DNA from: Neoechinorhynchus agilis
Taxonomy: Eukaryota; Animalia; Acanthocephala
Direction of reading: 5' to 3'
Assembly (NCBI GenBank): GCA_051530055.1
Contig: CM121342.1
Coordinates: 15,019,480-15,083,479, forward strand
DNA: 64,000 bases
Shown here: positions 1 through 11,249 of the stretch, piece after piece
Position numbering within the stretch: position 1 is the stretch's first letter
Layout: each line of letters starts with the position of its first letter
Translations under genes and position numbers: made by a program
Notes under the pieces: model-generated
What the model was told of the DNA's origin: nothing
Databases searched by the model: none
Seen by the model: only the letters and a program-made list of their open reading frames with translations

Positions 1-601
1 TTTTCGTTCCAGGATTGGCTTTAGAAAATGCACCAGTAATCTCGCTTTTCAATTGTCGAAGCTTTTTGGGCGTTCTGACAGAGGAACTCGGCTTAGATTT
101 TTTACAGCTCGACGCCTGCGTACTATGCTCAGAAATGGACACTTGCGTCATTTTTCTCTTAAGGCGGGATCGAGCCTTTCGCTTCACTTCGAACTCTTCA
201 ATCAGTTTCTTGCAGTGACAGTTGCCGATCGGTTCCCATGTACTTTCCTGCTTAGAATATCCTTGCCACTTCAAAAGATAAAAAAGACGCCCAGACGAAA
301 TACGTTTGTCGAGAACTTCCTCAACAACAAAGTGTTCGGAGAAGCCATTAGGATAGTTTTGATTGTCCTCTTCGGAGTTACAAAACACCTTCGAATCTAT
401 TTCCTTCAATTGTTGCGCTGCTTTCCTTGCCCTTTCTTTAGTTCGAATACCTTGCTTTCGTACTTGCAATTTCGGTACCAGCTTCTTGACATTATCACGA
501 TTTCCAACACTTTGACGGTGATATTTGGTATCTTCGACCTTCGAATCATCATCCGATGACGTGCAAGTGCTCATGAGGGCCTTTAATTGCTTGACAATCA
601 T
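1..601 (-). CDS. Chromodomain protein (HP1/CBX- or SUV39H-like), 3' end runs off the window
   Basis: Manual translation of the minus strand from ATG at 601 (directly after a ttttaaag acceptor-like site) is open to base 1 and contains [48 protein letters not shown] (~331-188), followed by a basic hinge [11 protein letters not shown]. Absent from the ORF track because there is no stop inside the window. Confidence 0.9.
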   Translation of the reverse strand, partial: MIVKQLKALMSTCTSSDDDSKVEDTKYHRQSVGNRDNVKKLVPKLQVRKQGIRTKERARKAAQQLKEIDSKVFCNSEEDNQNYPNGFSEHFVVEEVLDKRISSGRLFYLLKWQGYSKQESTWEPIGNCHCKKLIEEFEVKRKARSRLKRKMTQVSISEHSTQASSCKKSKPSSSVRTPKKLRQLKSEITGAFSKANPGTK

Positions 602-876
602 CTTTAAAATAAAAAGAATGTGTTTGAAGGAAAATCCCATCTTAAGCAGCGTAAATAATAAAAACGAATTTTTATTATCCTACGTCATGTTCATAAAACA
701 ATGTACAGAAATCTCCTAGCTAAAACAGCGAAAATAAAGATATTATAACATTTAAAAATACACGGAAACAATCAAAACGCCTTCTAATGTAGTGAAACCT
801 TATGAACCGCACTTAAGTTGCCAGATTTCATTTCTCGGCAGAGATTTGTTTCTTGCTAAACATAGAGGACAGAACA

Positions 877-1220
877 CAATCTTACACGAGAACAGCGCCA
901 AGCACTTCCCGAACATAAAGAACAACCGGCGCGTTGTTTTTCATGAAAATATTGTTTACATCAGTTGCAGATTCTGGAAGAATGCTTACTTAATTTTAGC
1001 AACAAAATTTCTCAAGACGACACGGATAAAGTTAAAAACAAAAGTGATGTTTCGTTAGTGGTACCGCTAGGGAAATCGTGCAGTTCCTTCTTGGTCGATG
1101 CTTATTGAAATTAATAATCTGTGTTGATAAATTAAGACGGAATAACGAAGGCCTTATGGTCCCCTCAATATAGAGAATTGCTTTCATGGCTTCGTTTTTA
1201 AATTACCTTAGAATGACACA
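877..1220 (+). repeat. Dispersed ~345-bp repeat, copy 1 (possibly Penelope-derived)
   Basis: Highly similar to 22049-22393 by eye. Fragmentary translations NLTREQRQAL and ADSGR resemble the region upstream of Penelope RT (weak). Confidence 0.75.
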
Positions 1221-1924
1221 ATGGGTCGCAATTCTTTTGAAATGAACTCGAGCGCTTTTTAGAGGAGTAGGTGAACAGAAGAAAATTAAGAAAATTGAAA
1301 GTACGGTACGTCACTTTAGACGACGTCGAAGCGCGCATAACGCTTCGATATTGTGTAAACAATGCAAATGATAATGTGCGTTGCCATCTGCAAAAACAAA
1401 TAACGATACAAATTGGGGATTAATTTTTTTTCACAATTTTGTGGTTTTATTAATAATGCAACAACTTCTTTGACTTTATTAACATTCACCGGTTACACAC
1501 ACAACAACAAAACGTTTCGACAATCACCACCGTCCACGAAGAAGAGGCATCGCTCTCCCATTAGCTTATTTTGTTTATCTTAAAGCAAAAAAATCGGATA
1601 GTGCCACCACTAATAGTAACGACAGATTGTTGAGCGAATGTAGCAACAGAGTAACATTTGCGCCTTCAATAAAATATTTGAATTTCCATTACTTTCGAAA
1701 TTTTACATAAGTTTTCCTTGTTCCTTTTGGCATACCCAATCCTTTGCTGTATGTGTCAATTCTCTTATCACGCAAAACCGCTCGACCATCTTTGGCACCG
1801 ACCCCTCGATTGCAATGGGCTCTTTGTTAAATCTAACAGAATCTGCGATGAAGGCCTCCTTTCCCCCGTAAAACAATACGAATCTCGAACCGCAACTCTC
1901 CATGGTTCTCGCATTTTCTAAAAA

Positions 1925-3700
1925 CCCTTCAAATCCAGGTCACCAAAGCTTTCCGGTCAGGTAATCCTGCTAACCCATCCCTCCAGCATCCATATAACCC
2001 GCAAAGTATTCCTCTCGAGTCGTCTCTTGTCCGTTCCCAATCAAAACTGGTGGCGTGAAATAAAAAATGTCACTGGTCTTGGTAGATCCACCCCCTTCGC
2101 ATCTCTTCCCAAATATGATCGCCTCTCAATCCTCAACTCTATCAATAAAAACCTCTGTCCTCCCCAAACTTCCTCTCCATTGTCCCAACATCTTTTCTCA
2201 CTCTCTGACCCACCCATTCATACATGCCCTTCCTTAGTTTCCCCTCTCGAAATCCTAGAGATCCTTAAACGCCTGCCCCGCCATTCTTCCCTTAATTCGA
2301 CTATCCCAAATTGGGCCATTCGTTTCATCATCCCGGAACTTATCGATCCTCTAACGCACATAACGAACCTTAGCTTTCTATTGGGCTCTTTCCCATCGTG
2401 TCTTAAGGAAGCCCGTGTCGTCCCCCTATCCAAAAGCGATAGACCGATTTCCCCCACATCCTTTCGTTCCATCTCTATCCTCTCACCTATCTCTAAAATC
2501 TTAGTAAAAATGTTTTAAAACCCGCCTACTTCCCTTCTTCCTCAAAAACATCTCCCCTTCCCAATTCGCTTTCCGTCCCAATTACTCTTGTTCTGACGCC
2601 CTCCTCGGCATTTACGATACGCTTGTGCGCAGCTTAGATTCCAGTCCAGCATCAACCGTCCGTCTCGTGCAACTGGATATTTCCAGTTCGTTTGAGTCGG
2701 TATATCACTCTCTTCTCCTGCCTCCCAACCTGGCAACTCACTTGGATTTCCTCTTTTCTCTCCAACCGCAAACAATATATCCAATGTGGAACTTCTTGCT
2801 CTTCTTCTCTGCCCATATTTAAAGGGTACCCCAAGGCGCCGTAATTTCCCCTCTCCTCTGACATTTTTCTAAATGACCTTCATCCCCTCACTCCACCTAC
2901 CAAATATTTTCTCTATGCAGATGACCTCACAGTATTGCCATCGCATCTCCCTCTCTCCCTCTCCACAACCACGGACGAGATCAACCATCTCATTTCCTCT
3001 CTCTCCACCCTAAACCTCTCCCTAAATTTATCCAAATCTTTTGAGCTTGTCCCCCACATTACCAAATGCAGCCTAATCCCCGCACCTCTCCCTCTCCCTA
3101 TCCAACGCTCCTCTTCTCTCCGAATACTGGGCCTGATTTTACAAGAAAACCTTAAATGGGATGCCCACATTTCATTTACACTCTCTAAAACAAACCATCG
3201 CCTTTACCTCCTCAAACTCCTCCGGCGTCTCGGCGTATCCCCTAAACACCTTGCCCACTTTTATCTCTCGTGCATCCTCCCTATCCTTACATACGCCTTG
3301 CCCACTTTCCTCGCCCTTTTCGCCAATGCTCTCTATTCTCTCGAAATCTTCCACAAGAGAGCAGCGAGAATATGCGGGACTTCACTCCCTCCCCTCGACG
3401 CCAACCTCCACTCCATTTTCTCCAAGAACGCCCTCCGTCTTCATAAACCTTCTCCACAATTTTCTTCCATCATCTTTAAATACTCTTCCCTCGTAAACAC
3501 CCGTAACCCCAACCTTTTTCATCCAACCCTCGCTCGTACTATTCTCTAGCAAAAATCTTTCATCCCCCAAGCCCAATCTTTCCGTAACAACCGGAGAACA
3601 AGGAAAGACTCCCAATCGGTCATTCTCCTGTAAAACTCCTTCAAAGACAAGTCCCACATAAACGCCTCAAAATCCGACATCCAGACACCTTCAGCAAAGA
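1925..3700 (+). mobile_element. Degenerate L2/CR1-superfamily LINE (RT and C-terminal region)
   Basis: FPSCLKEARVVPLSK...FRSISILSPISKILVK, QLDISSSF, FLYADDLTVL, NLKWDAHI...RLYLLKLLRRLG...FYLSCILPILTY; multiple frameshifts; C/T-rich coding strand. Confidence 0.9.
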
Positions 3701-3826
3701 TAGATGCTGGCAAGTGTATGGATCGTTCTTTCTTAAATTATTAAAACGTGTTTATATATAGAGCTATAGTTCGCTTTATCGCTTTGTATTTTTATTCAAC
3801 ACATTGAGATATTTGATTCTTGTGGG

Positions 3827-4362
3827 CTACACTTTAATACTAAAAAAGCAGACAAAATAATAATTAGCGATCTGAAGAATAACAGTAGAGAATGCACAAA
3901 GGGCGTATATAAAATCCCATGCATGGAATATGCGCAAGACGATGATCACAGAATTCCAAACTCGAAAAATCCGCTTTCTTGGAGCGATATGAACGCAGTT
4001 CGCGATATGTCTTTTATTAATTACTGTTTTAAGAGAAATAAATGGTTCTAATCCGATGGTTTTGCAGAGATGCCTTAAAGCGTGCTGTCGTTTTGTTGAG
4101 GGTTTAACAATCTTGAAAGGAAGACGAAGGCAATCTATTTCTTCATAAGGTTCGTCAACTACGGGTTTCTCATCTTTCATATCAGGTAGTTCCTCAGTCC
4201 GATCTGGAAGCGCTTCTGAGAAATTAAAGAAGACTTTTTCCAAAAGGAAATGTACGACAAATACCTCTTGGCATCTTGTCGAAGCCCAAAGCATTAAGGC
4301 TTGTTTGTGCTATGGATCTCTTATTTCCATCGACCTTCCATGAATGGTGACGAATATCAAAC
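3827..4362 (-). CDS. Putative multi-exon gene, unknown membrane protein (3' exons; likely extends upstream to ~4900)
   Basis: Exons 4362-4265 and 4215-3827 join in frame through a 49-nt GT-AG intron (4264-4216): ...FDIRHHSWKVDGNKRSIAQTSLNALGFDKMPR-E-ALPDRTEELP...; hydrophobic C-terminus. Upstream exons could not be resolved. Confidence 0.5.
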
Positions 4363-5269
4363 CTAAAGCAATTAATGTTTAAGACAACACAATGAAAAAA
4401 GTATTGATCAATGGAAGCTCACTATCCGTCTTTTAATACCTTCAACGTGAACATCTAGTTTTGTAGAAAAATAATTAGGTTGGAAATTGATGACCGAACA
4501 CTCGTGATAGAATTGTGGTGAATATACTCCCGGTTTAAAGGTATTTTATTTCTACGAAATATTTCGAGAGGGGAACCCTTGCTTCATCGGTCATTGCTTA
4601 AGTTTGAAGATTGAATTGTTCGTGTTTTTACATGGCGGAAAAATTTAAAGAATTCTTTATATCATAGGGAATTGTCGTCAGGGTGAATTTGATTCGTGTT
4701 TTGTGATGTGGGACAAACGATGCAAGGATTGTCCAAAAGAATATCGCAACACAAACAGGCGTGCAGGGGGTTTGACGGTTCCTCAGCGATCTCCAATCAT
4801 CCGGAGAAGGAAAAACATCGTATGGACTTCGGATGAGCATAAACAATACAGCCTGAGGCCAATTTACGGAGGAGATTTGTAATAGAGGCAATAAACATCA
4901 CAGGGAATGTAACCATGGAGGGTAAAAAAAGCGAATCACACGCTAGTATTTCCGAAAATTCAGGAAAAAAACAAAACCAAAAAGTTAAAACGCCGCAGCT
5001 GGCACGTAGGTAATACACACGGCGCTTGGCGAACCCGCGGATCTACGCCTACAGTCCAATTCTGACTTTAGCTTAATTTGTAGATATAACTGAAGAGGTA
5101 AGCAAAAAGGTTACGAATATTTTGAATAAATGATGAACAGCAACAACAATCCGGGGGGAAAAACATCGCCATACTCGAATTAATTTTTATTTCGTTTTTA
5201 TCTAAAATAATATTTTCGTGTGCTAAAATGTTCCTAATAACCGAATGTCAACTCGATCAATAAAATACG

Positions 5270-6315
5270 TTCAGAGTACTCAAACCGTTATCGTATATTA
5301 TATGCCGATCTTGTAAATGATACGTTTGGATCACTCAAAACTGCCCAACACTCATACCTATCGCAAAACCAATCTTCAACAAACACCGCAATAGGCCCCC
5401 AGCAACCAACAATATCATAATATATCGTCCAAATATGAACCTGCACATAACATTTTTCTCTCAGAAATCCCCGAAATCACAACATTATCAAAATTCGACC
5501 TTCAGAAACACTACGCTCATCACCTTCATATTGTCTGTCAACAACTCTTTCCCGAATCATTTTTCTGTTTCCTTCCCCGGTCTCCTTCCAGCGCATCCCC
5601 AACAAAAATCTAATGACTCCCGCTCTCGTCAACTCAAAATCACTTTCCATCTACCACACACCGCATCCTCCTTCCTTCAAAATCGTTCCTTACTTGTCAA
5701 TTTCTTCCTACCATACCAAATATACCCAGACCGCGCACTTCAAACTGTGAACTCCATTTATCATTCGCCTATGCATAACCACCTTCTCTCCCCCCTCAAA
5801 TAACTTATTACAAGCCAAAACCTACTCTCTGAACTCTCCGAAAATCTGACGATATGATAGGTACCGGGGAATGTGATTGGAATTACTGTTTAGGTCTACA
5901 CCTGGTAAATGATTATTTATTAAAGACGTTTCGAACTTCGTAATCAAACATTATCACTCACTCAAAATCCACTCAGAAGCACATCCACCCAACTCTTCTC
6001 CCAGCCAAATCCCGCAAACTACACCCCTCTTCAAGCATTTTCAAACAGCCATTTCTCTCCTTTCTTTTCACTAACATAAGAAGTCTGTTACCTAAGATAG
6101 ATCAACTTCCGCTTCTAGTCTCCACCACCAACACAGACATTTTGGTCATTGTAGAAACATGGCTGCACTCCTCTCATTCCGACATCGCCTTGATTCCTGG
6201 CTATACTTCTTTCTACTTATACAGAGACGAACGCGCGGGAGGTGAAGTCTCCATTTTCATTCGGTTCGAACCTCTTTTATTCCTTCCCCCCTTACTCCTT
6301 ACCCTTCTTCACCTA
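5270..6315 (+). mobile_element. L2/CR1-type LINE 5' part with APE endonuclease start
   Basis: From ~6065: FTNIRSLLPKIDQL...DILVIVETWL...IPGYTSF...RDERAGGEVSIFIR (APE domains I-III); same C/T-rich composition as the other L2-type copies. Confidence 0.8.
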
Positions 6316-6320
6316 GCGGA

Positions 6321-6490
6321 CTCAAGGAGCGTAAATGCGTCACTACTTTCGGAAAAAAGAAGACGGCTACAGCGACTGTGAAGGTCTGTGAGTGTCGGAA
6401 CAAGAGCGGTAACATTCTGGTTAATAGTCGTACATCTACATAACGCTCTCTCTCAAACTTCGCTCAGGCAGCCGAAATTTAAACCATTAT
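6321..6490 (+). pseudogene. RPS16: Truncated ribosomal protein uS9 (RPS16-like) fragment
   Basis: Frame from 6321 reads LKERKCVTTFGKKKTATATVKVCECRNKSGNILVNSRT*, resembling the RPS16 N-terminus ([29 protein letters not shown]); stop at 6441-6443; wedged between two LINE fragments. Confidence 0.6.
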
Positions 6491-6515
6491 CGGTATCTAT
6501 CGTATTCCCTCAGCC

Positions 6516-7770
6516 GAAGTGCAGGACTCACTTCCAAAGACGATAATGGCGAATTGAGAATTTCCGCAAAATAATTTGCGATTTTCTTTTTTCTGATTTC
6601 CGGGGAGGGACCTTCAATCAAAGTTGGTTGTCTTTGGGATCTTCCTGTGAGAGTGTTTATCGCTCTCCATGCTAAGGAGATTTCCTTATATGCGATCTCG
6701 CGAACTGCATCTTCTATCGAAGCCTTTTGCTTTTCATTATAGAGATTGGCAAGTTCAAGACTTGCAATGCGAGCCTCAGATCGTTTTCCACTTTTTCTTA
6801 GAGTTTTGATATGCTCAGCCATTACCATAAATTCACAGTCCTCCTGCCATATAAACTTTGCAGCTTTTATACGCCTCATTTTTGGGAAGGTTTTATCGGC
6901 CGCTTCGGTCACTGCGTCGCAGATTGACTTGTAATAAAAATCAATACCCGCTTCAGCAGCTGGCATCGCGCTCAGTTGATTCTCTAGTTCGATATCGAAC
7001 CCTTTCCTCTTCTCCTCATTAGCGAGGGCGCCATGGAACGGACGTGGAGGATGCTGAGGCGTACGGAACAACGAGTCACTCATGCTCAACTGACACATCA
7101 CCAACTTGTGGTCGGTTGACAGCCCATCAACCTCCATAGTGCTGAGTTTCGGAGGCGGGGTGATAAACAAACGCCTACACCTCCATTTTCTCGACTGTCC
7201 GCAGATAGGTAAGATAATGACCAGACTCCTCCTAAATCCTCCCGATTTACGTCTGTGTCTGACTGGCCTGTTATGCGCAATTCTTGTAAAAACACAAGCT
7301 CCATTCTGGCGTCCCTTGCCAATTCGGCCAGGGTTCCCCTACGCCATTGCGCTCGCAGACTCCTACAATTCAAGGATCCGATTCGTAGTCCTCTTCTATT
7401 TGAAATAGCTGGGCCAAAGAGCTCACGGCTGTCAGCGCCACCTGAACAGTCTGTACCCAACACGGTGATGAGCTTCGACTGACGCTTTCGTTGCCTCCGG
7501 AGTCAGTTGACGCCCTCGCTTTTTCCCGTTGCACTGGTGGATTCTGTTGCTCCCGTTCGCTGCCGCTTCACCAAGTGGAGCGGCACACCGACCCCGCGTT
7601 GACAGGCTACTATCAGTAGCTGTCTGGTCACCGGAGCTGCTTCTTTTACGTGACCGACAGGAATCAGTAACATCAAGTTCGATCATCGTGAAAGAAAGTT
7701 AGGGAATGGTAGGTCTGAAACGACACACACAACTGTTCGAAAGTTATCGATCGAACGCGCCCTGCGCGTC
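6516..7770 (-). mobile_element. RTE-clade LINE, 5' part, internally deleted (copy 1)
   Basis: LRIGSLNCRSL...ELVFLQELR...GGVGVCLSPR (APE start). Closely similar to 17693-19690 but lacks ~460 bp of the APE region (junction near 7130). Confidence 0.9.
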
Positions 7771-7777
7771 GCGATCT

Positions 7778-8700
7778 ATCACTTTATAACATCATAATGT
7801 CTGAAAACTGTTAAAGGTATCCTTCTTCCACGAGAAGGACATCCAATTTCGGCCGAATCATTCAGTCCAATTTCCATTCTACCCGCTCTTTCCAAAATCA
7901 TCGTAAAATGTTTTAAATCTCGCCTTCCTTCACTTCTCCACGAAAAGTTATCGCCCCTACAATTTAGCTTCCGATCCAGATTTTCTGCAACCGATGCCCT
8001 ACTTTGCATTTATGACACTCTTCTACGTAACCTCGACAATAATCCCTATTACGTCACGCGTCTCATTCAATTGGATTTATCGAAAGCAGTGGACTCCATG
8101 GACAATTCACTCCTTCACCAGGCCTGCTCCGATTTTGGTCTCAACTTGTGGCAGATCCGCTGGCTCGAATCTTATATTCACAATTGCAAACAATACATTC
8201 ACTGCCGTTCTACCTCCCCTATCAGCCTATGCCTCACCAAAGGCGTACATCATGGAGCTGTGCTGTCACCACTTCTCTTTATTATTTTCCTAAACGACTT
8301 CTCTCCCCTAACTCTAAACTTTTCTTACATGCCAGCGATCTCACCCTCTTCACCCAATCACCACCCCACTTTTCCCTCTCTTTAACCTCTAACGAAATCA
8401 CGCACAAACGATTTCCACAACAATCACAAACCACATGAATTTCTCTAAAATCTTCGAAATGATCCCTTAATTCTTCCGTCTCGGATATCATAAACTGACA
8501 TCAACTTGAGGAAAGACCAACCTCACAAGCTGTTCTGCAAGCCATAACCACCAACCCACACCAGAACGGACATCCCCCGACTCGATGGACCACCGGAATG
8601 GATATACCTCTACCGAATATTCTCACCCTAACGGATATGCTTTTTTTGAAATACTGAACTCGAGTGCTTGTGAAGACCCAAAGGTAGATGGGTCCTATTC
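7778..8700 (+). mobile_element. L2/CR1-type LINE RT fragment and 3' end
   Basis: FSPISILPALSKII, LQFSFRSRFSATDALL, LIQLDLSKAVDSMD, KGVHHGAVLSPLLFIIFLND; 3' UTR motifs shared with 23250-23310 and 60790-60900. Confidence 0.85.
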
Positions 8701-9003
8701 TTTTTATTTTTGAACAACCAGTAAAAGGATTTTAAAAATTGTCAATATTATTTGAAGCCCTTTGGAAGTTGTCAAAATAGCATTGAAAAACAAAGGAAGA
8801 CGATTGATGTCAGTACGTTTAAATACAAAATTCGAATTATTGAAACATGCTTGCAATAATTTTTTTAGCATTTGCGTGTTTTTATTCGATGATCTGTCTC
8901 ACCGTAGCTCATGATATTAAGTAACAGAATTACACTTCTTTAGAAAAACAATTTATTTTTCTAAGTACCATAATTTACTTTTCCGTCGTTCCAAATTACC
9001 ATA

Positions 9004-10953
9004 TCACATATTAAATATACTTTGAATATTTGTGTTGCTAACATAAAAATGAGTTAGTGTTGAGCTTTTCATCAAAGGTCGAAGAAATATATGTCGAATC
9101 GGATTGTTTGAGATATTTAATAGTTCGAGGTTTCGTAGGTGCTTAAAGGCGTTGTACGGCAGTTTATGAAGTTCATTATAAGCAAGGTTTAGGAAAATTA
9201 AATTATTAAGACTGAAAAACACGTCCAAGGCATTGATATTTTTCAACTGATTGTGAGCGAGATCGAGCATTTTCAGTGAGTTGCAATTAATGAATGAATA
9301 CGGAGTAATTTCCCAAATTTTATTAAATTGAAGGCAAAGAAATTGGAGGCGCGGAAACGAGGTAAAGTCCTCATTGTCAATAGTCGATATATCATTTTGA
9401 CTAATATCCAGGGAGATCCTCTCTTGCCCTTTGATGTATTTGTCAACGTACCGAATTCTTGTGAGGTTTTTCTTTGTAACCACAGTCACTTTCGTCGATT
9501 TCTTTTTATCACTGAATAGAACGTAGGTTTCTAGGGCTTCTCGAGTAGGAACTGGAATAAATTCTGAGAGGAGAACAAACTCCATGTAAGTGTAATTGAT
9601 CCTCGCTTTATTCGGAGAGATAATTGTTAGAGGATTATCGCTCACAATTAAGTGCCAAAATAAGTTTGGAGGCAAGTCAATTATGTCCAAGTTTCGTAGC
9701 TGATTTGAGGAAAGATTGAAATAATCAAGGAATTCAACGTTACTAAATAAATTCGGAGGTAAACTCACTATGTCATTTTGAGAGATGGAGAAACGCCTTA
9801 GTAGAATGTTGTTCTTAAGAATGTTCCCGTTTAGACTGGATAGCTTGTTTCCATCGAGAAACAAGTCGGTGAGGTACTTTAGCAAAGAAATGGCATTTTC
9901 GTGGATATACTCAATAATATTAAATGAGAGATTCAATCGTTCCAATCTTCTCCACGTTTGAAAATCTGATTTGTAAATAATCTTGATTTGGTTCTTTGAT
10001 AATGACAAAGATCTGACCGAAGTGTCTGTAGCTTCATTTCCAGTAGGAACTGACTGCAATCTTCCATCCAAAATACCGATATGTGCAAGTCGTGAAATCC
10101 ACTTCAAATTGTTCAGATTCAAATATATAGTTGTTCCACCGCGTACTACAAATTCCTGTAAATTATATGAACTAAATTTTTCTTGGAAGATGTATTCTAA
10201 CTCGGCATCCCACGAAATTTCCAGTACTCTTAATTTCTTAAGTAGACCAATACATTTCAAATCATTTTTTTTCAATATATTACCGTGGATTAGAATTTCG
10301 TTCCATTGTAGATTTTCCCAAAAGTCATTTTTCGGCATGGTAAAGCTTTGAATTGAGTTGTAAGAAAGGTCCACGCGCCTTAATTTTGTCATATTTTTCA
10401 TTACAATAAGACTTCGATGGTCCAATTTGTTATGTGCAAGATTCAAAGATTGTAATCGCGGTAGGTTTCTACTGAGGATCCCATTGATTGAGACTAAAAA
10501 GTTAAATGCCAAGTCAAGATTAGTCAAATAATCAAATCCTTCAAACGCGCCCTTTTCAATCTCGTCAAATCCAGCATTTAAAATCCTTAGACTTTTAGCG
10601 TGCTTATATTTGGTTATAATTTGTTTCGTTAATTTTCGGTTCTGTTCAAAATTATTTTTGCACTGTATCTCAACATATTGAGCATCTCGATAGTTTTTGT
10701 CGACTTTACCCTTCATTTGTTCAAATGGCATGCCGTTGATTATAATTGCAGGTTTAGGAATGGGTATTCCGCTACCTCGCCTGTCGTTAAACGAAAGTGA
10801 ACAAATTTCACCGAATAAATTTGTTTCGTTATTAGGTAAACCAACAAAATTGACAATGGGAACAGAAATCGTATGTCCATTCGAATATCGATCTCCACGG
10901 GTTACTGTTGAGAAAATAAATATGAATAGAAGGACTCTAGGATTTTTGAGCAT
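9004..10953 (-). CDS. Secreted leucine-rich-repeat protein (single 649-aa ORF)
   Basis: Signal-peptide-like N-terminus MLKNPRVLLFIFIFSTVTRG and at least 12 LxxLxLxxNxL repeats (LTNLDLAFNFL, LQSLNLAHNKL, LERLNLSFNII, LTDLFLDGNKL, LKMLDLAHNQL, LELLNISNNPI). No LRRCT, TM or TIR domain in the ORF. Confidence 0.9.
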   Translation of the reverse strand: MLKNPRVLLFIFIFSTVTRGDRYSNGHTISVPIVNFVGLPNNETNLFGEICSLSFNDRRGSGIPIPKPAIIINGMPFEQMKGKVDKNYRDAQYVEIQCKNNFEQNRKLTKQIITKYKHAKSLRILNAGFDEIEKGAFEGFDYLTNLDLAFNFLVSINGILSRNLPRLQSLNLAHNKLDHRSLIVMKNMTKLRRVDLSYNSIQSFTMPKNDFWENLQWNEILIHGNILKKNDLKCIGLLKKLRVLEISWDAELEYIFQEKFSSYNLQEFVVRGGTTIYLNLNNLKWISRLAHIGILDGRLQSVPTGNEATDTSVRSLSLSKNQIKIIYKSDFQTWRRLERLNLSFNIIEYIHENAISLLKYLTDLFLDGNKLSSLNGNILKNNILLRRFSISQNDIVSLPPNLFSNVEFLDYFNLSSNQLRNLDIIDLPPNLFWHLIVSDNPLTIISPNKARINYTYMEFVLLSEFIPVPTREALETYVLFSDKKKSTKVTVVTKKNLTRIRYVDKYIKGQERISLDISQNDISTIDNEDFTSFPRLQFLCLQFNKIWEITPYSFINCNSLKMLDLAHNQLKNINALDVFFSLNNLIFLNLAYNELHKLPYNAFKHLRNLELLNISNNPIRHIFLRPLMKSSTLTHFYVSNTNIQSIFNM

Positions 10954-11249
10954 TTGCGGATGTGACTCAGAAAATCTTCACACCCACGAAATTCTCGGTA
11001 TTAAAGACTGAAAGTGAGTCTATCCATCGTCATCGCATTCTTAGCTTTCACTGTAGAGATTGAAAGTAAAAAGTATTCGTTCAAAAGAGCTGCGAAGCAC
11101 ATACTTGAATAGGTTTAATCACGAATAGCGTTTTACAAACGCCAACACGTTTTCCTTTAGTACCGCTTCAAAGATTTACCCTGTAAGCGATGAAGTGTTG
11201 CCATCATTGCCGATACACGCTTTAACGAATAACGATAAATGAGAATATT

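Noticed and set aside
53-559. 168-aa plus-strand ORF in the track
   Set aside because: Antisense shadow of the minus-strand chromodomain frame; many other track ORFs (e.g. 10697-11011, 26139-26522, 49462-49757) are likewise shadows of real genes or TEs.
1490-1560. acgtttcg plus a small stem, suggesting a hammerhead
   Set aside because: No CUGANGA; shares ggacggtggtgattgt with CRE 3' ends, so it is better explained as a CRE tail.
5085-5130. CUGAAGA-G-GUAAGC...GUUAC-GAAU-AUU followed by AAUAAA
   Set aside because: GAAA is broken and stem II is mismatched; at best a dead pLTR remnant.
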